Below the pieces are notes generated by a model that was given only the letters and a program-made list of their open reading frames with translations, was not told the origin of the DNA and made no database searches. Source: Eledone cirrhosa (taxonomy: Eukaryota). From it: a DNA stretch of 64,000 nucleotides. The DNA lies in the NCBI GenBank assembly GCA_964016885.1, contig OZ024741.1, positions 333,870,001 to 333,934,000 on the forward strand, in the 5' to 3' direction. Position numbers and translations under genes: made by a program. Of the stretch, positions 40,791-54,626 are shown piece after piece (positions within the stretch are counted from its first letter, which is position 1; every line of letters starts with the position of its first letter).

Positions 40791-43132
40791 GTGCATATAT
40801 AGATAGATTATACATCAATTTAGAGTTCATGTCAAGTCACTTGTGTGTTCCATTTAAACTAGACTATATATAGATAGAACTCACATCAATTTATGAGCCA
40901 AAGAGAGACCTTACAAAAGACTTTCAATCTTCTTTAAATTTTGTGAGTAGTTCCCCTCCAGCTCAGGGCCTGGAAGCAATCTTATTCCACTTTGTGAAAT
41001 TTCTGTCAGAAGCCCTGTATAGAGATAGACTAACCAAGATATTGAACTTATGATTAGCAAGTAGCCTAGCACACTTAATTAACACAGCCATTGTTCATGT
41101 AACTAGTTGCATTAATTACATCTATTTACTACTAACTAGTAGTGCCTCTGAAAAATCACAAAAAGTTAGCAGCAACACAGTGCAGTATAAATTATTGGTG
41201 ATGTTCATAGCTGAGGAGGTTCTCCTTTCGACTTTCCCATCTGTTCATCTGTTCCTTTTACAGTACAAAAGAAGGAATCAATAGACAAGATGCCAGACCT
41301 CATTTGCTTACAAAGTGGAGTGGAGCTCATCAAATTGGACCAAGGAAACAATGTTTCCATTGTTTTTTTCCATTGCTGACACTATCTACTGATTGTAACT
41401 CCTGGCAGAAGGAGTAATGTGAAATGAAGTGTCTTGTACAAGGACATAATTACCCAATCCGGGCATAAAACTTACAACCTCACAATTGTGAATCCAATTT
41501 TCTAAGCATTAAGCCACCTGCCTTCACTGTACAACAACAACAACAGCAAAATACTTTAATATACCTGTTTTGTCAAGTATCACTGGAAGAGAGACATTGG
41601 TGCAAGTGTCAGATAGAATTCATATATTCATACAAAATAAAACAAATTTTCTTCTAAGCTAGTTAACCCATTCATTACAATATTTCTAATGAAAAATGTT
41701 GCCCATGATGTTCAAATAATTTTGAAAATAATCGAGGATTTTTCATTATTAACCCTTTTGATACTAACCTGGCCAAAACTAGTTTAGGTTCTATGAAACA
41801 AACCACCTAATTTAAAAGGTTCATATCTAAATTAAAATCTTCCAACATAATTTTATATAAGAACTATTTGTTTCAAGTATTATCATAATAATAAAATAAT
41901 TAATATTGAAGTGTTGTAGTTTGCTCGAAGCATTGTGGAATAAGAAATACAAATATAACTATGAAATAAGTTTAATTATTTGGAAGCCTGACAAAGCACT
42001 TATAATCTCACACACTTTGTTGGGCTTCCAAATAATTATATAATTAATGATTTTAGGAAATTCCTCCAAATTCTTCTCAATTGAAATACATTTATGCCAT
42101 TAGAAATATTGTAAAAAAGGGGTTAAGTTGTTGTTTAAAAGATAACATAACAAAAAGAAAAGGTTCATGACATAAAATTATGATGAAGGGGTTTTAGATA
42201 AATATAATCACTTTAAAACAAATAGTTTTGTATCATAGAACAAGAAGTAGTTTCAGGCAGTTTGTTATCAAAATGGCTAGTATATTGTCTATGAGAGTAA
42301 AAATGGCAATTTGCCTCTTCATATATATTTTATTAATAATTGAAACAATTCTACATATATCTTTCATTAAGCTTTATTTTAAGCTTTATTTATAAAATCA
42401 TTGTGGATAATAAAACACTGAATGATTCCATTATTAGCTTCTTTTTTTTATTATTATTGGCTTGTTTTGTTCCTATTTTTTTGCCCTCCACCTTGCCTTT
42501 TTTTCTTTTTTTAGCTTTTATGCATGATAAAGAAATAGTTTTTATTGAAAACAGTTCATTTGTTCTTTAGAGATTCATCAAGGGAGTAGTATTAATTATC
42601 ACTACAACACAACAGATTTCTAAATAGTGCCAACTGTGGTTATTAGAACTAAAAGCACTAACTGATCTTCATCAGTTATTTTCAGTATTTGCTTTGTTCT
42701 GTTATGATTTGCTTTAGGATATTTAATATTTTAGTCAGTGAACTGGAAGAGTCATTAGAACGTTTGATATAATGCTTTATGGTATTTATTCCAACTCTCT
42801 GCCTTTTGAGTTCAAAACCTGCAAAGTTCAAATTTACATTTCAACCTTTTGAGGTCGATAAAAGAAGTACCAGTCCAGTACTAAGGTCAATTCATACTCT
42901 ATATCTATCTCTCTCTCTCCTTCTCTAAAATAAATTGTTTGTATTCATGTCACATTGGCACTCCTACAAATCTATAAATACTTCTGAGTCCATACACACA
43001 TTAAATATTTTATATTTAATATTAACATATACACCAAATAAATGACAAAAATATTCAAATGCCTGACTGAATCATTTTCACCATCTGTGTTTCTTTATAT
43101 ACTGAATATTTCATTATTGTTTACCTCCAAAC

Positions 43133-43294
43133 CAGAACCAGATTTATAGATGGGTAGGTGAGGAGGGATACCCTGGGCCCCTTCATCAAACATAGCCCCC
43201 CTCTCCCTTCTTACCTGTGTGTGTGTGTGTTATATGAAGGACCCACCAAATTTGAACAAGCCTAACCCTCAATAATCTCCTAAATGTGGTCCTG
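43133..43294. mobile_element. hAT-type MITE (diverged)
   Basis: TIR-like ends cagaaccagattta / taaatgtggtcctg and an 8-bp TSD ctccaaac/ctccagac. Confidence 0.6.
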
Positions 43295-45139
43295 CTCCAG
43301 ACCAGGGATCATTAATTTCTTTATGTAATGACCTTTTTATTATTTTTTTTTAGTTTTGCCCATAGCCCATGTATATGTCCTATCATATTTTACATATAAA
43401 ATGTGAAAAAGTCTGAGGTTTGAGGCCTCAAATAAATTCTAATTGAAGAGATTCCTTATCAAAGACATTACAGCTGTGACAACTCAGCCAATTCATTGCT
43501 TTGTAAAATATTTCAATATTAAAATATTTTTGTAAATAAACAGTTTTTATAATGAAATTAGTGTTAACATATTTAATGTAGTAAACATGAAATATGTAAT
43601 TAGAAATAACCAGACCTCATTTGCTTACCAAGTAGAGTGGACCTCATCAAATCAGACCAAGAAAACAATGTTTCCATTGGTCTTTTCATTGTTGATATTA
43701 TCTACCAGTCACAACTCTGCCAGGAAAGAACAACATGAGATAAAGTGTCTTGCTCAAGAACATAACACATCGCCCAGTTCAGGATTTGAACTTGCAGCCT
43801 CACAATTGTGAATCCAATTCTTTAACCACTAAGCTATGTGCATTCACTGAGAAAAAGACAACACTAACTCAATACTGCAAACATTTGGCTCAAGTCTCTA
43901 AGAGTATAAATCTTCTGTTTGGAAAGAACACGAATGGTAGTTAAATCCAGGAGTGTTTAAATGTGTCAGCAGTGCCAGATTTGGGCTTAAACTGAACAAA
44001 ATACAACTTTGGGCCTCAAAAAAAGGTTATCAATTTTTCTTAGGCCTAATGAAAACTTTTAACCCTTTTGTTACCAGATTTCTAATGGAAATAATCGAGG
44101 ATTTGGAAGGATTTAACTTTCTTGTTAGTAAAGTGGTGTTGGGAACAACTTAAAAAAGGCTCTTACATAAAATTTATGATGGAAGGTCTTTAGATAAATC
44201 CTCCACAAACAAGTGCTTTACTCACCCCACCCACCCTCCCACACACCCAGAAGTTAAGGGCTGAAACACTTGCTTGGGGGGGATTTCTTCTCTGAAGACC
44301 TACTGTCCAGCTCTCCTGAAAATGTCTTACCACTGACACTTGGTGTATAACTTAAACTAAAGATTTTACATAGAATTATGATGGAAGGGTTTTTAGACAA
44401 ATATAAACAATTTAAAAGAAACAGCTTTTTTAACATAGAACCAAAGGTGTTTTCAGGTAGTTTGATATCAAAAAGGTTAAAATGTATTTATCCAACATTT
44501 TATCAACTTAGCTACCTATGTTTTCCTTTAATGGAAAAGATATTAAATAAAAATATACACATTCATATCTGAAATTCTATATTCCATATAATAAAACTGG
44601 ATAAATCAATATCTGTCGATAACTTTTATTCACTTCAAGTTTTGTCTTGTCTTGTAACAACAAGGAAGATGTTGTCTGACAAATAAATGGAGGTTGTTTC
44701 AAACAAATGCCTATTTCCCATACTAGATTATCACATACTCCTATGTTTCTTTTTCTTCTCTTTAGCCACTCATTGCTCTGTTTAGTGCATTAACCATTCA
44801 AGGTTGTGCTGCTTGAGAGAAGTTTTTGTATGAAGTGTCACCCCATATTTACACAGACAGGAAATATGACAACTTGACAGAAAGAATAACCTACACCAGG
44901 AGCCTGTTTGTGGTCGATATAGCAGCCAAATCTCCAAAAGATTACATCCTACCGTCATAACCCTTTCATTACCATATTTCTAATAAAAGACAATGCATAT
45001 TATTTTGAAATAATTTTGAAAATATTAAAGAATTTCGAAGAATTTAGTAACATAATTAACTTTGTCATTATCAAACTGATGTTTGAAACATAACTTAAAG
45101 TTCATTTACATAAAATTATGCTTTGTATCATAGAACCAG

Positions 45140-45695
45140 GGGCCTACCTCTCTTCTTCTGGAGACCAAATGTTGAAGCTGGTGCAGTAATGCACCAGCTC
45201 CTGCAATTCTTGCATTTAATTCAGCTTTCTGCCTTCCATCACCCGTGAACACGACCCTGAATACTTGAACTTCTCCACCTGCTTCAGTGAAACTCCATGT
45301 AGAGTACACTGTGCAGGCTTCCTTGAGAGGACAAGTCTCTCAGTCTTTGCAGCACTAATTTTCATTCCTGCCATGCATCACTTGGCAGCAAACCTATCAA
45401 GTGCAAGTCAAAGATCACCTTCCAATGGGTTAAGTAATACCATGTCCTCCACAAATTACAGCCGACTGATCCTACACCCACCAGTCTTGATACCATTTCC
45501 AACACGATGGCATATATCAATCCTGTCCATGAAGATTATGAACAGGAGAGGTGACAGTACACACACATGGTGGAATCTGACACCCATACTGAATGATTTT
45601 GACTTAGCACCATTTATCCTAAAACAAATACTAGGGCATTTGTATAGAGACATCTAAACAATGTATTGTTCAGCTACCATGCTGCATCCACCTTT
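45140..45695 (-). pseudogene. Decayed RTE RT fragment
   Basis: SLYKCPSICFRINGAKSKSFSMGV...CVLSPLLFIIFMDRI and ELNARIAGAGALLHQL. Confidence 0.75.
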
Positions 45696-46504
45696 TCATA
45701 TAAGCTAGTAGTATTATACTTATTCATTCAGACATTTTACAATTTCATTTCGGTTGTGAATGGAGAGAAATATGTTGGGTTATGATCTGAGAGAGGCTGA
45801 GTGTTTAGAAGCTGTGAAAATGATAGTGTGAAAAATAATAGATGATATGAGAAAGAGAGAGATAACTTGGTTCTTATGGATGTTTTACACAAATAAATTA
45901 TGTATACACCAGTTATAATGCTCTATTACATGATATTACATGTATATACACAATGTCTCAAACATGTACATACTTACCCATATGTATGTATATATACACA
46001 GGCTCAAACATGTACATATACACATTTGTATGTAAATGCATATATCTACCAGACATTACATGCATACACACACTAGCTCAAACACATACATACATACCCA
46101 CACACACATGTATTTGAATATGCATATAGATACATATGTATATGATGCTTTATTACCAGACATTACACGTATGTACACACACAGGCTCAAACACATACAC
46201 ATATGTATGTAAATGCATATATTTGAATATGCATATAATTACCTATGTATACATACAAGCTTACATACATTCATAATGCTCTATTACCAGAAACTACATG
46301 TATACACACACAAGCTAAAACATGTACATACACACAAATGTATGTATATGGATATATATTTGAATATACATATGGATATATAGAAATGCATACAGACAGG
46401 CAGATAAATAGTGAAAGTCTACTCAGTATTCGATGCAAACTTTCAAAGCTTATTGATTTATTGAAAGGTGAAACTCTGCTCTGCTTTGCACTGCCATTAT
46501 AAAG

Positions 46505-46720
46505 GGTGGTACATTGGCAGAATCGGTAGAGCATCAGACATGTTTTATGGCATAGTGTTACAACCCTTTACGTTCTGATTTTAAATCCTGCTGAGGTTAG
46601 CTTTGCCTTTCATCATTATGTGGTCGATAAAATAAAGTACCAGTAACATACTGGGGTTGATTTAATCAACTTTCCCCTCCTCCAAAATTGTTGGCCTTGT
46701 GCCTAAATGAGAAACCATTA
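46505..46720 (+). mobile_element. Diverged SINE A-related copy
   Basis: ggcagaatcggtagagcatcagac...ctttgcctttcatc...gtcgataaaataaagtaccag...ggccttgtgcctaaa. Confidence 0.7.
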
Positions 46721-46898
46721 TTGAACTGAGAATACTCAACTACTGAATGAGTATTCATCACTGATGATGAATAAAAATTCTAGAACATAAGTTTCTGGCG
46801 TTCTTACATAGATACTGAGGTAGGTGTAACATACATCATCACAGCTAAAATCACCCATAATGAGACTCTTGTATAGTTATTATACATAAATATATTGT

Positions 46899-47090
46899 AT
46901 ATGTAATGTTGAAAGAGATAGAAGACTAAACAATGCAAAATGGACTGGAAGATGAGGTAACGAAAAGTAAAAGTAAGTCACCTGGTAATCTTTACTTTTT
47001 GTTACCTCATCTTACAGTCCATTTTGCATTGTTCAGCCTTCTATCTCTTTCAATGTTATATATTATATACAATGCTTCAAGCAAACTATA
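46899..47090. repeat. Diverged inverted repeat (~73-bp arms, 19-nt loop)
   Basis: gaaagagatagaagactaaacaatgcaaaatggactggaagatgaggtaacgaaaagtaaa pairs with tttactttttgttacctcatcttacagtccattttgcattgttcagccttctatctctttc. Confidence 0.7.
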
Positions 47091-47399
47091 ACATTTTATT
47101 ACATTGTATATGCTTTCATATATACATTTATTATGAATCATGCTGTGTTAGTGCTACTGCACACTATATGCAAATGAGTATCACCAACAGACATTTAATA
47201 TGCAGAAAGAATTTAAACTATATTTCATTCTAGGATCAGTGGGAAGTAAGTAAATACCAGTGTATCCAGAAATACTAGTGTCTGGTGTTTTCACATGTTG
47301 ACTGAGGTAGAGGGGACATGATCACAACTCAAAACAGTCATAGGGAGATATATGTTTATTATATTTATATGATGATGATGATATATATATATGTGTGTG

Positions 47400-47790
47400 T
47401 CTTATCGTAGCTAAGATGCTTCCATAGGCGGTATGCCGATTGAGCGCTCTATGCTCTTACAGAACAGAGTATGATATAATAGAAAACAAAAAATCAGTGA
47501 TGCATCTGAACTCAATTTATTGTGTGTTACAATCGTTTCGCTGGTGGACAGCTCGAGACGTGATCATTGTGTGGATCTGTCTGATTCTGGACCCACAGGC
47601 TCGACGGACACGTCTAATGATTTCGGAGCAGTGAGAGAATATGCTCCGAAATCATTAGACGTGTCCGTCGAACCTGCGGGTCCAGAATCAGACAGATCCA
47701 CACAATGATCACGTCTCGAGCTGTCCACCAGCGAAACGATTGTAATACACAATAAATTGAGTTCAGATGCATCACTGATTTTTCGTTTTC

Positions 47791-47798
<8 letters not shown>
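47400..47798 (-). mobile_element. Fold-back element; palindrome 47474-47798 (157-bp arms, 11-nt loop, 4 mismatches)
   Basis: The right arm abuts (TA)n. Contains a hammerhead 3' half (GAAA CGATTG TA) plus AATAAA. 3' motif on - at 47442-47472. Confidence 0.75.
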
Positions 47799-47866
<68 letters not shown>

Positions 47867-48000
47867 CACACACACACATATCTATATACATCTACAGAGA
47901 GAGAGATAAATGGTGACATTGTGGTTGGCTTCATACCTGTCACTATACCCACTGTGCATCTCCCAGCACTGCAATATATATTATTTATTTATTTATTAAA

Positions 48001-48074
48001 TATTTCACCTGATGAGCGAACTGAACATTTCTGTTAAGATCATCTAGTTTCATGAAACCTTTGGTAGTAGAATA
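48001..48074 (+). ncRNA. Partly degenerate type I hammerhead motif
   Basis: UAUUUCAC CUGAUGA gcGAACU...AGUUUCau GAAA CCUUUGG UA GUAGAAUA. Stems I and II have mismatches. Confidence 0.6.
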
Positions 48075-48176
48075 ATTATATTGTGTTGTTTATTATATAA
48101 TTAAATAGCTCTGTACTATACATAGAGCACTCTTCTTTCCTTTACCTTTTCTACAGAGATACATAACACACACACA

Positions 48177-48563
48177 CATCATCATCATCATCACCGTTTT
48201 ACATCTGTTCTTCCATGCTAGCATGGGTTAGACAGGTTGTGGGCAGTGTCTGGTCAGCTGACCTTGTCTTGCTCATACGGGAACTGATTCTGGTTTGATT
48301 TCTACAGCTGGATGCCCTTCCTAACACCAACCTCATTTACAGTGAGTGCTGGGTGCTTTTTTGCCATGGCACCTCCACGACCACTTTGCAGTGGAATGAT
48401 AGGGACCCCAGTCCTATCATCTCATTTCTACAGCTGAGTAAACTGGAGCAATGTGAAATAAAGTGTCTTGCTCAAGGAAACAACACATCACCCGGTCTGA
48501 AAATTGAACTCACAACCTTTCAATTGCAAGGTCAATGCTCTAACCACTAAGCCATGTGCCTCC
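48177..48563 (-). mobile_element. SINE family B copy, longer 3' variant
   Basis: Same head and body. The tail includes aacccatgctagcatgga, as in the RTE 3' end. Confidence 0.85.
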
Positions 48564-48659
48564 ATATATATATATATAGCAGTGTGTATCTTTCTCTCTC
48601 TCTAAACCCATGCTAGCATGGAAGATAGATGCTAAACGATGATGATGATGATGATATAT

Positions 48660-48699
<40 letters not shown>

Positions 48700-50425
48700 A
48701 CATATAAGGGGTAAGGGGACTATGTGTGTGTGTGTGTATATATATATTTATATATATGCTTAAATATTGTATAAATAGGAACCTTCTAACAAAAGACAAA
48801 CAAACAAATTAAAGCCTTTTTATTTATTTCTTCTCTACAGTTCCATGATTCCATTCAGTTTAGAGAGTTTATTTGTTTTAGATTTTCCTATTGAAAGAAA
48901 ATAGCGAATAAGGAGTATTTTATGAACAATTGTGTCACACTTATGGCTTCTTATTGAATCAAAATAGTTAGGTTTTTTTTTTTTGCTTTTTTTGGTTTCT
49001 CTTTTCTTTTACTGAAAAAGGAGGAATTTACCGTTATTTTCGCTCTTATTTCGTTTTTCTCTTCAGCATTCCTTCTATCTCTAGACAGATGTTATTTTTT
49101 TTTTATTTTATTTTGTTTTTTTATCTATTTTGTTTTATTTTCTATAACTTAAGTGTCTATGTTTTTTAACTCCTGTTACCCCCACGCCCCCACCCTTTCG
49201 CTACAAATGCCTGTAGAGAAAGGAAAGAATGAAAAAGAAAACTTTTTTGTTTCAGTCCCTTATTGATTGAAATACTGGCAATTTACAACTCTGAGTGTAT
49301 TTTAATTTTTGTTTTAATTTAATTTTGATTTTTATTCTAATATAGCCTTGCCTCCCCAACCCTACCTCTTATCCCACCCCATTGCTGCATTAAAAAGTTT
49401 CATGCCTTGGTACATTTTGCCTAATAGCTAAGATTGTTGTTGTTTTTTACTACTAAATCTGTAGAGAATGTAGTTTAACGTTTCTTCTCTAAATTGATTT
49501 CTTTCTTAGGTAGATTTATAAAGGAGGTGGGGGTGGGGAGACAAACAGAGAAAGTCAAAGAGAGAGTGAGGGAAAAGGACAAAGTGAGATTGAGAAAAAA
49601 AGAAACAAAGATAGATACGGACTAAGAGCGAGAGAGACAAAAATAGAATGAGAGAGATTCAAAGATAGAATAAGAGAGAGAGAATGAATTTGCGTGACAT
49701 TATGCTGGTCTTTTGATACCAGATTAAATGTCTTGATATTTATTCTGCTTCAGTGCACACTTGAGTTCAAATCCCACTGAGGTCAACTTTGCCTTTCAAC
49801 ATTTCTAGGATGACAAATAAAGTACTAACACAAGTGGGGTGGCAGAAAGGGATTGGCAGAATTGTCATTTGAGCAGGGATTATGGGAACAAAATACCTTG
49901 TGATATTTTTCCAGTTCTTTGCCCTCAAAGTTGAAATTCCTCCAAAGTCCTCCAACATTGCCTTTCATCCTATGAAGGGCAGGAGATGGGATGGGATGGT
50001 TCGAAAATAAAGTACGCTTCAAGGGCAGTGGATTTCCAGAAGGATTATTAGAACGTCAGATGAGATGCCTTGTGGTATTTGTTTTCTGCTCTTTCATGTT
50101 CTGAGTTCAAATCTGGTTTGCAGCCAACTATATTCAAATATAAACCAACCCCACAATTCTATATCTGAGAATTGGGCAAAAAATCCAAACCTTATTTATG
50201 TAGAATTTGAAGTTGGTGAAAATTGTCAAAATATTGACACTGATTATAAGCCGAGCGCCCCATCCACACCTCTCAACCATTGATTTTTTTTTTTTTTGGG
50301 GGGGGGGTTACTTATTACTCGGCTTATATTTGGGTATATAAGGTAATCCAATTGCCTGGTTTAAAAAATCTACTGGCCCTTCCTTGGGTGGTAGGTTTAT
50401 GGTAATCCCACTGCTTGGTTTAAAA

Positions 50426-50699
50426 CAGGCATGGGCAACCTTTTGCGAGAAGCGGGCCGCATGAGATATGGCTCATCATCAGGCAAGCGCTAATTTACAG
50501 TCGTGTCAACATAAAAAAAAGGGTGGTAACTCACGTTGTTTTGATTTGTTCCTTCAGAATTTGTACACGTTGTTTTCCTCAATCATAAAAATGATAGAAA
50601 GATAAATTACGACTGAAAAGTTGGGGTAAAAAAATCAGAAAGATTTCACTTAGGTGAGCCATTCAGAAAGCTTCACGGGGCACAGGTTGCCCATCACTG
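50426..50699. mobile_element. hAT-type MITE
   Basis: TIRs caggcatgggcaacc / ggttgcccatcactg with an exact 8-bp TSD gtttaaaa (50418-50425, 50700-50707). Confidence 0.85.
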
Positions 50700-51300
50700 G
50701 TTTAAAACCACTACCTAGCCCCTACTTGGGTGGTAGACTTAATGCTATTGCCTGGTTTAAAACTACTACCTGGGTAATAGGTGCTTTTAGTTGTTAAATG
50801 TGTTTCAAGCCAGGTCTCCAATTCAAAGATATCTTCCTTCCTCCCTCTCCTCCCATCTCTCTCTCTCTCCTGCCAGTCTCAGAGGTCATGAGAAAGGGTC
50901 ATGGGATGTTGCCCTTCTTTCCCTGACTAAATAGTAAATAATAAAAAAAAAAAAAAGAAACTAAATAAAACCCTATGAAAGAAACCAATATTCCATTTCT
51001 ATGATTTATTACATCTACTTTGTCAGTGCTATTATAGACTTTCCTTTCTGTCTTGAAAGTTCTTCTATGTACAATAAATCTTAGCTGTTCGTTCATTTAT
51101 TATCAGAATTGTCAATAACAAAGTATTTTCTTTCCTTCTTCGTTTCTGTCTTTTCCATAATGCTAGAAATAGTTTATTATAAACTTTTCTGCCAACAATT
51201 AAATTATTCTCAACGCTTTATTGCAGAAAGTCCTTCTTAATGGAAATATTTTTTGAAACAGTCTAGATTCAGAAGTTTGACATAAAGAAATGCTTCTTAT

Positions 51301-51480
51301 AGCAGTTATCGGTAGAGGGTCGGACACCATGCTTTCCAGCATAGTTACGTCCCTATACGATCTGAGTTCAAATCCCACCGAGGTTGACTTTGCCTTTCAT
51401 CCTTATGGGGTCGATAAAATAAAGTACCAGTAATGCACTGGTTAATTGCTGGCCTTGTGCCTAAAGTAGAAACAATTATT
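51301..51480 (+). mobile_element. SINE family A copy
   Basis: Same consensus. Confidence 0.85.
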
Positions 51481-51486
51481 ATTATT

Positions 51487-51970
51487 ACTAGCAGAAAAAC
51501 CAGCCTTCGGGTGGTTTTCTGCTAGCATGTGTAGTGTGTATATTGATATGATACGCAAGTATATATACATGTAGATATGATACGGCAAATAAAATCGTAA
51601 TTGACAATATACACAGAAATTGAAGAGAGTCTTGTTACACTGTTTTATGTAATCAGTAACATTATCCATGATACATTAAAAAAAGACGATATTATATATA
51701 AACTGCATTAGAAGAAAATTAGTGACAGAAATATATGAATATTTATTTAAACGATCGCCACCGGAAGTGTTGACATTCGAAAGTTTTAAAGAAGTGAATC
51801 TTTAAATAAATAATAAAATATATTTAATGAACAGCCACGAAATTTAGTAGATAAATTATGTATTATTCATTCATTATTTATTCAAAGTAATCCAACTTAT
51901 TTTACTAATGGGATAAAAAATTATAAACCGTACACAGTCCTGCGCTTCTTACTTTATTATAGTTTAGATT
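51487..51970 (+). mobile_element. Possible Helentron/DINE-like non-autonomous element
   Basis: Begins with the hairpin actagcagaaaaaccagcc-ttcg-ggtggttttctgctag and ends with tttattatagtttagat, termini typical of such elements. Confidence 0.4.
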
Positions 51971-53625
51971 AAGGCAGTGGATTGGCAACTTTCTCTTTCA
52001 TCCTTACGGACTCGATAAAATAAAGTACCAGTAACACACTGAGGTCAATTTAATTAACTTTACATTTATCCAAACTCCTAGTCTTGTACTTAAATTAAAA
52101 GCCCTAGGTAGCTGCCTAGTTAGCCTTAATGGAAGCGCCAACACAGAAATTTATAATTGATAGAACTCTTGAATGCAGCTGAATGTGAGTTCATTAAACA
52201 AAGTGCAAGAATACATACAGTAAAGCATTGTGTGTGCCATTTAACTCTATAAACCCCAAAACCTGGACTGGCACTTTATCAACCTGAAATCAAAAAGGCA
52301 AAGTTGACCTCGATAGGATTTGAATTCAGAGTGCAGAGAGTTAGAAGAAATTCCACAATAAAATGCACCCAGTACACTCTGTCAAGCAGCAAGTGCTGGT
52401 GCCATGATTAAATGCACCTGGTAGACTCTGTAAAGTAGTAAGTGCTGGTGCCATTATTAAATGCCCCCAGCACACTATGAAGTAGTAAGTGCAAGTGCTA
52501 CAATTAAGTGCACCCAGTACACTCTGTAAAATGTTAAGTGTTGGTACCATGATTAAGTGCATCTGGTATCTTCTGTATAGAAGTTGGTATAACAAAGGGA
52601 ATCCAGCTGTAGAAAACATGTCAAAATATGGAAAGTATGAGCAAGACTTAGTTATCCAATGATGTCTTGTCTTGGACCATGATGACGTGCCCAACCCATG
52701 CTAGAGTGGATAACAGATGTAAAATGGTGATGATGATGATGATGATGACGGAGATGATTCTATCTGACGCTCTAGCAACTGCCAATTTGCCGCCTTGAAT
52801 ATCCATTTAACTATGTTCAATGTTATAGAAGTTTTACAGCAATACAGAAATAAAGATTTTTTTTTAAGTAAAAAAGGATAAATTCTACAAAACACTGGGA
52901 AAATATTTTAGAACAGCAAAAATACTTTGGTAGTTATTTAAAGAAATAAAAGAAAGCTATTATGTTGTTGAAGACAAATCTATAAATTATATGTTGGGGA
53001 GGTAGGCTGTATAATGCAGGTAGCTGAAGTAACATACTACTACGCAGCAGCAGAAAAATTCCAATAATAAAATTAGAAAGAAAGCACTGTGATTGGATGA
53101 AAATGAAATAAGTACAATTTCCTGGATGTGTAATCAAGGATGGACTAAGTTCAAATGAGAGGCGAATATATCCGCAAATTTAATGCATGAAATGTTGCAT
53201 TGAAGGAAAAGTTTGAAGAGGTGCAGTCGTGTTAAATGAAAAGATGATGAGAATTAGCTGGTGGAATGCTCTGAGCTGATGATTATTGGTAACCTGTTTA
53301 AAAGTATGCCAGGGATGAAATCAGGTGCAGTGATGAGGGTTAATTAAAGGTGCCTGGGGCACATCAAAGCCTCTAACTAAATACAAGATAAAAGAGAGAT
53401 AAAGATACTGTGTGAAAATATATGTGATTCATCTCAACACTAGGAAAAATATAGAAATAAAAGCAAATATCAACAAAATAATGCTGATATTTCTTTATTT
53501 CTGTTATTTAATGAAGTTCTTTCGGAATGTATCCATTCAAATGTAACAGTTTGTCAGCAAAAGAAGAAAAGAGTATTCAATACATAGTGTAGAGTATATT
53601 GTATATTTAAACTAACTTCTTTATT

Positions 53626-53668
53626 TCTCAAGACTCAAATTTCCCACCATTGGGATCTTCAGTCAAGA
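53626..53668 (-). ncRNA. Partly degenerate type I hammerhead motif
   Basis: Minus strand reads UCUUGA CUGAAGA ucCCA augg UGG GAAA uuugaG UC UUGAGA, followed by AATAAA and the family 3' motif at 53570-53597. Confidence 0.55.
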
Positions 53669-53900
53669 CCTAACTTTTTTGGATATCGAGGCTGGTTTTG
53701 TATATTTTAGAGTGGGTTAATTCTTTTGTCTATAATTTATTTCCCTTGGTTGGTTTATAATATCCATGATTGTCATCATTTCATTTGCCAATTTGTTGGT
53801 TTTCCTATTTTTTCATGGGTCAGCTTTTCTGTTATCTATCTATATATCTGTTTTCAGATCCTATTTTTTTAAATTGTTTATTTTCCATTGGCTAACTAAG

Positions 53901-54105
53901 TACTGTATATACTCAAATAGAAGCCAAAGAATATGTGACCAAAATATCGATGGAAGATAGACATCGGCTTATATTCAGAGTCAATATTTTGACGATTTAC
54001 ACCAAATACAAATTCTACATAAATAAGGTTTCGATTTTTACTCATTTCTCACATAAAATATTGGCTTATATATTAATATCAGCTTATATTTGAGCATATA
54101 TGGTT
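53901..54105. mobile_element. Tc1/pogo-like MITE (related copy ~50129-50345)
   Basis: TIR-like tactgtatatactcaaatagaagcc / gcttatatttgagcatatatggtta. The internal sequence is shared in reverse with 50129-50345. Confidence 0.55.
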
Positions 54106-54626
54106 ATTGTTCTGTCTATTGTGTAATTGAATCCTTTTTTATTAAGTTGTGTCATATTGTTGATATTTTTTAAATCACGTATTCATTGGTTGGTTCTGTA
54201 GTTGTTCAGAAACATTTCTAGCAAAATAGAACGTAGCTTAACAAAACAGGATTCTATTGTGCTATAGACAAGCAGAGACAGACTGACTACTTAATTGTTG
54301 AGGCATACAATTTAAAATTAGTAATATCTATATTAAATTCATCTTAGATTTTCTAATATATGCGATGCTGTTCTCAAGCATTTATTATTTAATCAATAAC
54401 ATGACCAATAAATGTATGTTATGCAAATTAGACCAACCAGCCCAGTTAAATTCTGATTTGTATTTGATACAGTGATCTGCTATAAACTCTCTTTAAAGTG
54501 GAAAGGCAAAACACACTTATTTTCAGATGAATAACCAATAAGTTGAGGAACATGTAAATACAATCCCTATAGTTTTAGTTTTTAGCGAAAAACAAAATAT
54601 ATTTACATCTGCTTTTGTTTCCATAT

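Noticed and set aside
17222-53290. Other CTGATGA/TCATCAG hits (17223, 18541, 42669, 46761, 50476, 53276)
   Set aside because: No stem II followed by GAAA-NUH and no stem I partner. They are chance matches or (TGA)n tails.
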